This document shows positions 18,870 to 28,466 of a DNA stretch of 64,000 nucleotides, one piece after another. The stretch covers positions 512,001-576,000 of the forward strand of contig CAXXHG010000043.1 of NCBI GenBank assembly GCA_963666315.2, in the 5' to 3' direction. The notes beneath the pieces were generated by a model. That model had not been told where the DNA came from, made no database searches, and saw only the letters and a list, made by a program, of their open reading frames with translations. Within the stretch, counting starts at the first letter, position 1; each line of letters opens with the position of its first letter. The DNA comes from Candidatus Binatia bacterium (lineage in GTDB: Bacteria; Desulfobacterota; Binatia; Bin18). The translations under genes were made by a program, and so were the position numbers.

Positions 18870-19908
18870 TTATTGAAATTCCGGCATGACTTCCTTGGCA
18901 AAAAGTTCTAACCCCTGACGTGCGCGTTGGGGATCTCGGCCACCGGCATGAAAGTAGAAGGCAACTTGATCCAGGTCGAACTCGTCATTCAATTCATACA
19001 AGCGCCGACGACATTCGGCCGGGGTGCCTGCTACTGCTCGCTCTTCTACATCGTCGGGCATGGAGAGAATAAATTCGAGATAGGAGCGCATAGGGTCGTG
19101 TGCCGGGATTTGGCTGAGTGCCTCACGCGGTACAAAGGAGGTGATCAATTCCGTATAGGCGCGTGTGCTTGCGACTGCATCACGCATGGCTTCCTGATGG
19201 TCGTTGTTCACAAACATAAAAAAGATACACGTTGTCCGTGTTGATGCATGTCCATGCTCTTTAAGCGTAGCGCGATAATGATCAAGACGGGAGCGGACTT
19301 CGGGATGTGGTCCGCTTAGCCACGGGACAATAAACGCATTGTCTCCGACCTTGCCGGCTCCCTCAAACGATTCACGACTGAGTGTGCCACGATAAATGGG
19401 GGGGGTGCGGTTTCTGGACTGGCTTGGGGCCGACTGACAAGGGCGGCACCTGCCAGTAGGCGCCTTTATATTCGAATGGATCTTCAGTCCAGGCCCGCCG
19501 GATAATTTCGAGCGACTCTTCGTAGCGGGCGCGGTTCTCACTCTGATCAACACAAAATCCTTCAAAATGCTTTGGGATAATGCCGCGTCCTGCCCCAAAG
19601 TTGAGCCGGCCGTTGCTCAGAATATCGAGCATGGCAAAGTCTTCAGCCTTGCGAAGCGGATTTTCAAATGGCAGTAGGCTGATCGCTGTGCCAAGCCGGA
19701 TGCGAGAGGTCTCGCGGGCCACGGCGGTCAGGAATATTTGCGGGCTGGGGCAAATGCCAAACGAGTAGAAGTGCTCTTCGCCCAGCCAGATCGAATCAAA
19801 GCCGAGCTCCTCGGCTTTGACGCATATGTCCAGCGTATCTTGAAAATATTGCACTTCGTCTTGCTTATCGCGGAAGAAATCAAAAAGAGAAAACAGGCCA
19901 AACTCCAT
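18870..19908 (-). pseudogene. LLM-class oxidoreductase split by a +1 frameshift in a C8 tract
   Basis: N-half MEFGLFSLFDFF...PVQKPHPP and C-half PIYRGTLSRESF...KEVMPEFQ lie in different frames; G8 on the + strand at 19398-19405, seven would restore the frame. Confidence 0.88.
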
Positions 19909-19929
19909 GAGAAACTCCTTATGCAGGAT

Positions 19930-19952
19930 GGGCGAGGGAGCCTCGCCCCTAC
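19930..19952 (-). repeat. GTAG-type REP hairpin
   Basis: GTAG-GGGCGAGG-CTC-CCTCGCCC between the two LLM genes. Confidence 0.55.
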
Positions 19953-19966
19953 AGTCTAAAAAAAAA

Positions 19967-21004
19967 TTAGCGAAATTCTGGCATGACTTCCTTGGCAAAC
20001 AGCTCTAACCCAGACCGGGCTCGTTTAGGATCGCGCCCTCCGGCGTGAAAATAAAAAGCGACTTGATCCAGGTCAAACTCGTCATTCAGTTCTGTCAGGC
20101 GCCGGCGGCACTCTGCCGGGGTGCCAACCACTGCACGTTCCTCTACCTGACCGGGCATGGCTGCGGCAAAATCTAAAAATATTTTGAGTGGGTCGTCTGA
20201 GCCCATCCTGCTCAGTAATTCAGGCGCAATAAACGAGGTAAATAACTGAGTGTAGGCACGCGTTATGTCCTGGCCTTCACGCAGCGCGACCTGGTGGTCC
20301 GGGTCAATAAAGAGAAAGAAGATGCACGTTGTCCGCTTCGGGCCATGCCCGTTTTCTTCGAGCAGCGCGCGGTAGCGCTGGACTCGCTTCCTGACCGTTG
20401 GATGTGGTCCGGTGAGCCAGGGCACGATGAACGCATTATCACCCACGACCCCCGCGCCCTCAAACGATTCTTTGCTAATGGTTCCGCGATAAATAGGCGG
20501 ATGCGGCTTTTGCACTGGCTTGGGTCCAAGCGATAGCGACGGCACCTGCCAAAACTCTCCCTGATACTCAAAGGGATCCTCAGTCCAGGCGCGGCGGATG
20601 ATTTCTAACGACTCTTCATACCGACCCCGACTCTCGGCTGGATCGACACAAAACCCCTCGAAGTGTTGAGGGATAATCCCTCGGCCTACTCCGAAGTTTA
20701 GTCTGCCATTGCTGAGGATGTCGAGCATGGCAAAATCCTCAGCCTTACGCAGCGGATTCTCAAAGGGGAGCAGGCTGATCGCTGTACCGAGCCGGATACG
20801 CGAGGTCTCACGGGCGACGGCAGTCAGAAATATCTGCGGGCTGGGGCAGATGCCAAACGAATAAAAATGCTCTTCGCCAAACCAGACCGAGTCAAAACCT
20901 AATTCTTCGGCCAGAATACTTAGATCAAGAGTGTCTTGAAAATACTGTACTTCATCCTGTTTGCCGCGGAAGAAGTCAAATAATGAAAATAAGCCGAATT
21001 CCAT
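19967..21004 (-). CDS. LLM-class flavin-dependent oxidoreductase
   Basis: WFGEEHF, ENPLRKAEDFAMLDILSNGR; intact paralogue of 18870-19908. Confidence 0.93.
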   Translation of the reverse strand: MEFGLFSLFDFFRGKQDEVQYFQDTLDLSILAEELGFDSVWFGEEHFYSFGICPSPQIFLTAVARETSRIRLGTAISLLPFENPLRKAEDFAMLDILSNGRLNFGVGRGIIPQHFEGFCVDPAESRGRYEESLEIIRRAWTEDPFEYQGEFWQVPSLSLGPKPVQKPHPPIYRGTISKESFEGAGVVGDNAFIVPWLTGPHPTVRKRVQRYRALLEENGHGPKRTTCIFFLFIDPDHQVALREGQDITRAYTQLFTSFIAPELLSRMGSDDPLKIFLDFAAAMPGQVEERAVVGTPAECRRRLTELNDEFDLDQVAFYFHAGGRDPKRARSGLELFAKEVMPEFR

Positions 21005-21038
21005 GACGAAGCCTCCTTCTTGCGGGTCATTACTTTAC

Positions 21039-23129
21039 CTACTCCTCTGCGAGAGAGGGTACGATGCGTTGCGCTTTGCGGGTAGCATCAGCAATATATG
21101 CGGCGGCATCGTCTGCCAAGAGCAAGCGCTGGACCTGGAGTGACTGTACGGCTGCGGTGACTTTCTCAAGATAGGCTTCAGCGCTTGGATAGCGTTCAGC
21201 CAGGGAGGGACGAGGATCGGCCACGACTTCCCGCTCTCGTCGTGTCTGAGCAAACGGGATGAACTGACCCAGATTGCCGCACATGGCTCCTGGGACATCG
21301 GCGCGGACTGCCCAGCCCGTGTGTGTGCCGAGTGGTGCAGCGATGTCTGGGAGGCTGATACCACCAAGATCGTTTCCGTCTGTGTCAGTCTTAGGAACTA
21401 GATTGTGATAGTGCCGCGTCGAGTCACCAACTTGGAGGGAAGGGGGAGTTGCTGACCCGATATGAGTGACTCCATGAATCTTCGGAAATCCGAGCATACT
21501 CTCTTCAACCGGAACAAGCGTGCCGCCTTGACGGGTTGGAATAGCACTGGCTGGTGGCAGCGTTCCGTGCCGAACCCAACCCTGTAAGGCAACTAACAGG
21601 GCGCGCATAACCGAGCCTCGAAAGGCGGGATTCTGTTCATGCTGGCAAGGAGAAGATGGAAGGTGCACACGGAGCGAGGTGAGAAAGGGCTCTGAGAAAA
21701 TAGGAAAATGCTGCGCACTGGCAAAAAAGTAGAGGCGGACGTTGGCAGGAATCCACACGTCATTCCCCCGTGTATCCGTATGCAGTAACGAGGCACTCTT
21801 GCGCCAGTACTCACTGGCCGTGTTGGTGACCATGATGAGTGGATCAAAACCATCGCCTGGTTTTCCACTCCCATTGCGAAGGATACCGTCTTGCTTGCCT
21901 GTTAACAGATCGTACTGAGGCGCGTACAAAAAAGGAAACCAGTTCTCCGGAAATCCGGAATCCTGATGGCTACCGCGTGTTCGGCCCGGCTGGCCAAAAG
22001 CAAAATTGGTAAAGGTTTTTCCAGCTCCACCAATGTCTGCAATCAGGCCGTCGAAAATAATGCGTTTAGCTTCGTCCTGGTTAAAGCCGCCCCAGACGTG
22101 TTCTTGCAAATAGCGGCTGGACTGAGAAATGCCGAACGCCAGGACCTTGTCGATGCCTGTCTCTTTTTCGCTCAACCGGAGGGGATTTGGATTGCCGGTG
22201 TCGTCCTGTGTCTGGTAGCGCAGAAAAGAAATAACGTCGCGGGTAATCGCAAAACCTAGTCCGAGGACAATGGGATTCTTACCCTGATATTTGATTTCGT
22301 ACAGTCGTCCGGACTGAAATCCACCTCTAAGACGAATAGTTTGATCGTCTTCAAAATTCCAGCAGGATTTCTTGGTCTCAGTTTGTTCGCAAAACGGAAT
22401 CGCAACACCTGTTTCTTCAGTCCGATTGCGGACGGTCATGCGCACGTTAGCTGGATCGCGTGATGAAACCGCGTAACTGAGTGTTGCGGTTTTATGCTCA
22501 GGCGCATTGGTCTGTTCCCGCCCAACGAACAGGTCACGAACTGTTCCTACAAGCGCCTGGCCATTATCCAAAGGAGTAGGGAGATCCGCACTCATGAACC
22601 CGGGCTCATTCCGCACGCAACACTGCGCGCCGGTTTTGCCTTTGGCCTGCCAACCGGTCCAGACAATGGTGTAGCCCTGACGCATGAGAAAGCCGTTGCC
22701 TGCATCTGCGGCCGTTGTCGGGTCGTTGGTACGTTTGCCAAAAGGAACGTCGTGCGGCAGGATAAAGTCGATTTTACTGCCTCGATTGAGGATAGCGGAG
22801 AATAAGGTTCGGTTGCCTTTGGTGGAATCAATGGGCTTGAGAATGTAGAAATCCGTGCTGTATTCGACCAGGCCAATCGCGTTCTGAGGGGCCTTGTCCA
22901 AGTTCACGATATTCGCATGTTCAGCCGTCTTCGGATCAACCGCCCCAAACATCCGGCCCACGATTTTTCCGTAACGGCCTACATCGCCAAATGCCTGTCC
23001 CTCAAACGTTGGCGACTCAATACGATCAACAACAACTGCTGTGATACGGGCCCAGGCTGGACTCGCCACGATGAGGAACAGTAGACACAAAAGGACTTCA
23101 ACTCTGATAAAGCGGAGAGCAAAATGCAT
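21039..23129 (-). CDS. Secreted alpha/beta-hydrolase-domain protein
   Basis: Signal peptide (SPAWA-R); nucleophile-elbow-like GISQSSRY; NTASEYW, NVRLYFFASAQH, DTDGNDLGGI, DPRPSLAERY motifs. Confidence 0.8.
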   Translation of the reverse strand: MHFALRFIRVEVLLCLLFLIVASPAWARITAVVVDRIESPTFEGQAFGDVGRYGKIVGRMFGAVDPKTAEHANIVNLDKAPQNAIGLVEYSTDFYILKPIDSTKGNRTLFSAILNRGSKIDFILPHDVPFGKRTNDPTTAADAGNGFLMRQGYTIVWTGWQAKGKTGAQCCVRNEPGFMSADLPTPLDNGQALVGTVRDLFVGREQTNAPEHKTATLSYAVSSRDPANVRMTVRNRTEETGVAIPFCEQTETKKSCWNFEDDQTIRLRGGFQSGRLYEIKYQGKNPIVLGLGFAITRDVISFLRYQTQDDTGNPNPLRLSEKETGIDKVLAFGISQSSRYLQEHVWGGFNQDEAKRIIFDGLIADIGGAGKTFTNFAFGQPGRTRGSHQDSGFPENWFPFLYAPQYDLLTGKQDGILRNGSGKPGDGFDPLIMVTNTASEYWRKSASLLHTDTRGNDVWIPANVRLYFFASAQHFPIFSEPFLTSLRVHLPSSPCQHEQNPAFRGSVMRALLVALQGWVRHGTLPPASAIPTRQGGTLVPVEESMLGFPKIHGVTHIGSATPPSLQVGDSTRHYHNLVPKTDTDGNDLGGISLPDIAAPLGTHTGWAVRADVPGAMCGNLGQFIPFAQTRREREVVADPRPSLAERYPSAEAYLEKVTAAVQSLQVQRLLLADDAAAYIADATRKAQRIVPSLAEE

Positions 23130-23236
23130 GATCCGCCTCTCCTATCATTGTTACGTGAATGTAGGAAACGCCGCGTTCTTCTATGCCGCCTGCGCCTTGT
23201 GCGCAGCGCCGTTCTTTATCGGCAACGTAGAACAGA

Positions 23237-23293
23237 CCCATTCGTGCTGAGCTCCGTCGAAGCCTGTCCTGAGCAGAGTCGAAGAGGGGGAAC
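23237..23293. repeat. REP-like element, CTGAGC...CGAAG family
   Basis: CTGAGCTCCGTCGAAGCCTGTCCTGAGCAGAGTCGAAG. Confidence 0.7.
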
Positions 23294-23316
23294 CCGCGGC
23301 CATGCACAATTTCAAC

Positions 23317-23344
23317 GTAGACGCGGCCTACCGGACACGTCTAC
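23317..23344. repeat. GTAG-type REP palindrome
   Basis: GTAGACGCG...CACGTCTAC imperfect inverted repeat. Confidence 0.45.
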
Positions 23345-23484
23345 CTTAAAGTTGTGCGTTGATTATGCTATCGCTCTCCGCCCGGACATGAATAACACTG
23401 TTGCACAACGTATTCCCCCATGTCCGCCCGAGGCTCAAGTAACCCGCCCTCCGGGATGTGCCCTGGCCCAACCGCCGTGCTCTT

Positions 23485-24752
23485 CTATGCCGGCTGCGCT
23501 TTGTGTTCACCCCGGTAGAAGATGGCATACAAGACCGGTAGGATAACCAGGGTCAACAAGGTGGCAAAGCTCAGACCGAAGATGATGGTCACCGCCATAC
23601 TCTCCAAAAATGCGTTGGAGAGGAGTGGAGTCATGCCCAGGAGCGTCGTCAGCGCTGCCAGTGTGACTGGGCGAACCCGGCTTACAGACGCATCAAAGAT
23701 GGCGTCATACTGCGCTTTCCCTCCGGCCTCGGTTTCCAATTTGGTTTGCTCAACGAGGATAATGCCGTTTTTGACCACCATGCCGATCAGACTCAAGATG
23801 CCCAGCAGGGCGAAGAAGCCGAATGGCACCCCCATGATGAGCAGCCCGCAACCTACCCAAATCAAGGCAAACGGGACCGTCAGCCATATCACAATTGGTT
23901 GCCGCACTGAGTTAAACAGCACTACGGTCACCAGAAACATGGCTAACAGCGCAAGGAACTGCGGCCGGATCACTTTTACTCGGTTACGCCAACTGATTCT
24001 GACGGCATCGCTGATCTCGACTCCATTGATAATGCGGTAGGACTTGACTGGGCAAGCGCCTGAGGACCAGTGGGTCTTCCCCGTAGAAGCGCGCCTCAAC
24101 GTCCGCTTCGGGATGTTTTGTCCGCACCAGCTACGTTACCTCGAGCAACAGCCGTTCGACATCTTCGAGTGACTGCGCACTCACAATGAACTGGACATAG
24201 CTGGCATACGCGTCTTCCGGATTATACGACAGGAAAAAACGTGGGGCGCCGCCGCCAATCACTGTTGTGAGCTGCACAACGCCGTCTAACGCCAACAGCT
24301 CTTCGTCAATCACCTTGGTCATCTCTTCTGTCGCACGGATATCCGTCCCTTCCGGTAGCCAGCAATCGATCAGAAACATGGGTGTCGTCGAAGCAGGAAT
24401 GAAGTTCTGTTTGGTGTGACTGAAGGCCAAGCCCCCGCCCGCGAGACACACCAAGGCCAGCCCTATGGTGGTTACCCGATGGTGCAGGCACCACCCCAGG
24501 AGCGTCTTGTAGACGCGAAAGAGCATGCCCTGATACAGGCCGTCGGCTTCGGCCGATGTCTCTTGTTTTTCGACACCTGCAAAAAACATGTCAAAAAAGA
24601 ACGGCGTCAATGTGACCGCAGTAATCCAACTCACGGATAAGGAAATCAACAGGACATAAAACAAGGTCTGGGCAAATTCTCCGATCATGGTCGGCGATAA
24701 GCCGATCGGGGCAAACGCGATAATGGTAATGACCGTCGCTCCCAGCAGCGGC
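23485..24752 (-). pseudogene. AcrB/AcrD/AcrF-family RND permease pseudogene (fragments)
   Basis: LLGATVITIIAFAPIGLS...GEFAQTLF, IGGGAPRFFLSY and GMVVKNGIILVE...SRVRPVTLAALTT segments; only about 1.3 kb of a ~3 kb gene; N-terminus missing. Confidence 0.88.
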
Positions 24753-24756
24753 CGGG

Positions 24757-24886
24757 GTCGTCTCTCGGATGAAATGGTGGAGGAAACACGCCGCGCTCTC
24801 CAGACGGAACGAGGGTCGGGTTCATGACGGAAGCCATTTTTGTTGCTGATACGAGTTGCATGATCGCGGCTTGCTGCTCCTCCTAA
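24757..24886 (+). pseudogene. Remnant of a VapBC-like TA junction
   Basis: RLSDEMVEETRRALQTERGSGS* overlapping (ATGA) MTEAIFVADTSCMIAACCSS*; DTS is the PIN-domain N-terminal motif. Confidence 0.55.
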
Positions 24887-24916
24887 TTAAATTTTCTCAG
24901 TACCAGCGTTCTGGAG

Positions 24917-24945
24917 TTGACTTAAGGCTCACCCCGCAGGATAGT
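24917..24945 (+). promoter_or_regulatory. Putative sigma70 promoter of the GST gene
   Basis: TTGACT-17 bp-GATAGT. Confidence 0.45.
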
Positions 24946-24984
24946 CGAAAGTAAAAATAAAATTTTCCAGAGGGGGTCTGACGT

Positions 24985-25629
24985 ATGAAGATGTATAATT
25001 TAGGTCTGAGCAACTTTGCCGGTAAGTGCCGGATTGTCATGTATGAGAAGGGACTCAACGTGGAATTCGTTGACGCGCCCGGCGGTCCGAACTCCGAGGA
25101 CTACAAAAAAATCAATCCGACCGGGAAAATACCCGCCTTGGAGACTGACGATGGGCAACTCATTGCTGAGTCGGAAGTGATCAACGAATATCTGGAGGAT
25201 AAATATCCAGGGACATCGCTCCTGCCGAAAGATGCCGAGGGCAGAGCCACAGTGCGCGCGATTACCCGCTACCACGATCTCTACATCGACCCGCCGGCGC
25301 GTGCGTGTTTTGCCAAGCTGTTTGGTCAAGAGCTGAGCGACGAGTTCATCGCGGATAAGATGGCTGAGTTAAATAATAATCTGGACCAGCTTGAAGCCTC
25401 TATTTCTGATGGGCCGTGGCTGACTGGCGATAAGTTTACCCTCGCCGATGCGGCCATTGCGCCGACGCTGTTCTTACATGACAATCTACTGCCGAACTTT
25501 GGCTCTAAGAAGCCTTTTGAAGGCAGGCCCAAACTCGCTGCATGGTGGCAACGTATTCAAGAACGAGATTCAACCAAGAAAGTGCTTGGCGAACAGGGTG
25601 CTGCGCTGGCAGCCATGATGAAGAAGTAA
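24985..25629 (+). CDS. Glutathione S-transferase family protein
   Basis: INPTGKIPAL, IAESEVINEYLED, WLTGDKFTLADAA. Confidence 0.93.
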   Translation: MKMYNLGLSNFAGKCRIVMYEKGLNVEFVDAPGGPNSEDYKKINPTGKIPALETDDGQLIAESEVINEYLEDKYPGTSLLPKDAEGRATVRAITRYHDLYIDPPARACFAKLFGQELSDEFIADKMAELNNNLDQLEASISDGPWLTGDKFTLADAAIAPTLFLHDNLLPNFGSKKPFEGRPKLAAWWQRIQERDSTKKVLGEQGAALAAMMKK

Positions 25630-25660
25630 GAAGAAGTAAGTCTAAGAGAGGACTGAAAAG

Positions 25661-25691
25661 TAAAAGGGCGGCTTGTGGGCCGCCCTTTTTT
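25661..25691. terminator. Bidirectional intrinsic terminator
   Basis: AAAAGGGCGGC-TTGTGG-GCCGCCCTTTTTT between convergent genes. Confidence 0.85.
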
Positions 25692-25697
25692 GTTGGG

Positions 25698-26342
25698 CTA
25701 TAGAACAATTATCTTTGGCTTGGCAGTTGCGGCTGGAAACAGCCGCTCGTAGAGTTTTTTCCACCGGTCGACTTCTTCGCTCAGCGCTTGTGTCACCTCA
25801 TCCCGCGTCTGCTGGAGGGTATCGAATAAATTCCCCACACTCTCTTCCAGCTGTCGCTTTTCTTCGGATCTCTGGGTCTGATCTAGAGCCCGATTAAACG
25901 TCTCAACCTGCTGGGTGAAGGTCTGCACCGCGCTTTCCACGGCCGCAAGCTGACGCCGGAGTTCGACCTCTATTTCAGACTCTGCCCCGGCAATCATACT
26001 ACCTGAGGGAAGCGGCGGGCTGTGTTTATCAAAAACAACTAAGCGCAGGACGGGACGGCCCGCTCCTGTTGGTGTGATGACAAAAAGCGTTGCCCGTTCC
26101 CGCAGCCGGTCAGGAGCGTCCGGGTCCAGAGTAATGACAATATGGACTGATGTGGAATGCGCATCAACGCGCAAGACATGACCGATAGGCCGGCCGGCCT
26201 CTTCTACCAGATCTCCCGCCTGGAGACCTTTGCTATTGCTGAGCTGCACCGTCCACGTTGGCGCTGCCGACGGAGTTGCCGAGACGCTGAGAAGAAAATA
26301 AAGTGGAAGCCCTAAACTCAGGGCCACAGTGAGTTTGCGCAT
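25698..26342 (-). CDS. MCE/MlaD-like domain protein with C-terminal coiled coil
   Basis: N-terminal hydrophobic segment; SKGLQAGDLVEEAGRPIGHV resembles the MCE motif GLxxGxxVxxxGvxIGxV; helical tail. Confidence 0.7.
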   Translation of the reverse strand: MRKLTVALSLGLPLYFLLSVSATPSAAPTWTVQLSNSKGLQAGDLVEEAGRPIGHVLRVDAHSTSVHIVITLDPDAPDRLRERATLFVITPTGAGRPVLRLVVFDKHSPPLPSGSMIAGAESEIEVELRRQLAAVESAVQTFTQQVETFNRALDQTQRSEEKRQLEESVGNLFDTLQQTRDEVTQALSEEVDRWKKLYERLFPAATAKPKIIVL

Positions 26343-26497
26343 ATCTGTCCTCCGTCATGAGCGTGCATGTGAGTGGACAATGGCAGACGTGATCGTCTCT
26401 TGACTTGTCTTGAAAAGAAACACATCTCTTCTCAGAGAGTTGCACAACTCCGTGGTCAGAAAAAGCCTAGTTTCGACAAGTCGCTTCAAAAACACGC

Positions 26498-26860
26498 TTA
26501 CTCCGCCGTACACCTGGGGTCGCACCCGGCTGCCTGCTGGGCGGCCTCTTGTTCACACAGCTCGCTAGCAGCATAGGTGTTCTTTTGGTCGAGACACTCA
26601 AGAACCTTATTGATCTGAACAGTCATGCAGTTGTTGTAACACTGGGGAGCGTTTGCCCCACCGGCCGCTTCGAGCTTGTCATTCACATAGGCCGTGATTG
26701 CACCAAAACGAGCAAGAATATTGGTGGTGCCCTGTTCGGCTGGTTTTGATGGCGTATAACCATCTGGGTAGCCTTGGGCAGCAATGCCGGAAGATACAGC
26801 CAGGATTGTCCCTAAGCAGATCCCGCCAAGCAGCGTCAGTACGAATTTTTTCGTTTGCAT
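26498..26860 (-). CDS. Small secreted six-cysteine protein A (unknown function)
   Basis: GGGAG RBS, signal peptide MQTKKFVLTLLGG...IAA, Cx3C-x10-C-x12-C-x10-Cx3C; paralogue upstream. Confidence 0.8.
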   Translation of the reverse strand: MQTKKFVLTLLGGICLGTILAVSSGIAAQGYPDGYTPSKPAEQGTTNILARFGAITAYVNDKLEAAGGANAPQCYNNCMTVQINKVLECLDQKNTYAASELCEQEAAQQAAGCDPRCTAE

Positions 26861-26930
26861 AGTATTCTCCCTATTTCCGTATGCCTCTGTGAACCCAACG
26901 CTGGCTGAAAAGTTGTGTCGGGGTATGCGT

Positions 26931-26992
26931 CTCATCTATTTCATTTTACTCATCTATCTCATCTTGCTCGTCTTGTGTCTTAACTCGTCTGA
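26931..26992. repeat. Degenerate 9-bp tandem repeat (CTCATCTnn)
   Basis: ctcatctat ttcatttta ctcatctat ctcatcttg ctcgtcttg ... ctcgtctga. Confidence 0.6.
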
Positions 26993-27364
26993 TTATGAAT
27001 CCGACTCGCTGCATTTGGGAGCACATGCCGCCATTTTTTGAGCGGCCTCTTTTTCACATGATGCGCTGGTCGCGTACCTATCGTTGGCTTCGGCACAGGC
27101 CAGGACTTCATTCCACGGGGTCGTCAGGCAGCTCCGATAGCATTCCGCTGATTTTTCTCCACCTGCGGCCGCAAGCTTGTCCGTCATATACGTTGTTACA
27201 GCGAAGACCCGGTCTAAGCTTTTCCTCCGTCCACCTTCGGCCTGAGTCGATGGCGTATAGTCTTCGGGATAGCCTTCCTCAGCAGACCCTGGTGGGGCGC
27301 TCCCGAGAGTCAGACTGAAAACAATGCCACCAACAAAACTCAACCAGTAGCGTTTCTTATGCAT
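26993..27364 (-). CDS. Small secreted six-cysteine protein B (unknown function)
   Basis: GGAGGAGG RBS, signal peptide MHKKRYWLSFVGG..., same Cys spacing and GYPxxYTPS, DKLxAAGG motifs as protein A. Confidence 0.8.
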   Translation of the reverse strand: MHKKRYWLSFVGGIVFSLTLGSAPPGSAEEGYPEDYTPSTQAEGGRRKSLDRVFAVTTYMTDKLAAAGGEKSAECYRSCLTTPWNEVLACAEANDRYATSASCEKEAAQKMAACAPKCSESDS

Positions 27365-27485
27365 AGCCCCTCCTCCTCCACACTGAGAGATGGAGTTCTC
27401 ATACCCTCCTCTGCACGGTTGCGCAACTCCAAACAGCAGACTAAGGACAAAGTAGCCCCTGCCGATGGCATTCGGTAAAGATCGT

Positions 27486-27866
27486 ATGCGCCCTGCTATT
27501 TCTCTCAGCATTATTTGGATGTGTCGCGTCGCATCGGTCATCATCGCCTTGTGGTGGCCAGCACTCGTATACGATCCGATCTATACACCCCGGCATGTTC
27601 GTCTTACCCAGCAGGAACTCTATCTTCCAGACGGAGCCGTTCCTCAAACGGCCGATGACCGGGCGATGGCCATCTTTTGGATGTGGAAGCAGCGGACCTT
27701 GGTTGAGGACCCGTGGATCTTTGGTCCGTATCGTGGACTTCGTGATCCGATCGGTCGCAATCAGACCCTGCTGGTAATTGGCATCATCTGGCTGATACGC
27801 GGCGGCTTCTTCATATGGGAACGTTCAACTCCTCACCCTGCTCAAGACAAGCGCGCGTTTTCCTAG
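27486..27866 (+). CDS. Hypothetical membrane protein
   Basis: Two hydrophobic segments; no recognised family. Confidence 0.45.
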   Translation: MRPAISLSIIWMCRVASVIIALWWPALVYDPIYTPRHVRLTQQELYLPDGAVPQTADDRAMAIFWMWKQRTLVEDPWIFGPYRGLRDPIGRNQTLLVIGIIWLIRGGFFIWERSTPHPAQDKRAFS

Positions 27867-27932
27867 ATTCCTCTTTCTAGCAGTGGTCGAGCCTGGCCAG
27901 CTGTGGTACAGCCTGGGGAAAGAGGGAGGCTT

Positions 27933-28370
27933 ATGGCTAAAGAGGAATCGAACATGCCACGTATGGAGCCGGTCGACGATCTCCCCACTGCCGTCATCCG
28001 GGTACGCATGAGCGCGCATGATGCCCATTATGGGGGGAATCTAGTTGATGGGGCGAAAATGTTACAGCTCTTCGGTGATGTTGGGACAGAGCTGCATATC
28101 CGCCTGGATGGCGATGAAGGGCTCTTTCGAGCCTATGACAATGTTGAATTCTTAGCTCCAGTCTATGCCGGAGATTTCATTGAGGCGCATGGGCGTATTA
28201 TCAGAGTTGGACGGACCTCTCGCAAACTCGAATTTGAAGCCTGGAAAGTGATTGGTCCATGCCCGGATCTCTCGGACTCAGCCGCAGATGTGCTAGAAGA
28301 GCCTTTTTTGGTCTGCAAAGCAAGTGGAACAGGGGTAACGCTGCTCGAAAGACAGCGGAAAGAAAAATAG
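27933..28370 (+). CDS. kal: Hotdog-fold 3-aminobutyryl-CoA ammonia-lyase-like protein
   Basis: [29 protein letters not shown] and [27 protein letters not shown] are characteristic of Kal; GGAGG RBS. Confidence 0.82.
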   Translation: MAKEESNMPRMEPVDDLPTAVIRVRMSAHDAHYGGNLVDGAKMLQLFGDVGTELHIRLDGDEGLFRAYDNVEFLAPVYAGDFIEAHGRIIRVGRTSRKLEFEAWKVIGPCPDLSDSAADVLEEPFLVCKASGTGVTLLERQRKEK

Positions 28371-28466
28371 CCAACTGAGAGCTATGTAATGCATCTATAC
28401 TGAAAGGAGTCGAGACTGATTTGAAAAGTTGCATTTTTTCCCCTCATAATAAACGTCTATACTGGA

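Noticed and set aside
26931-26992. CRISPR array (also considered for 51571-51624 and the REP-like elements)
   Set aside because: Units are 9 bp or dispersed, with no unique spacers and no cas genes
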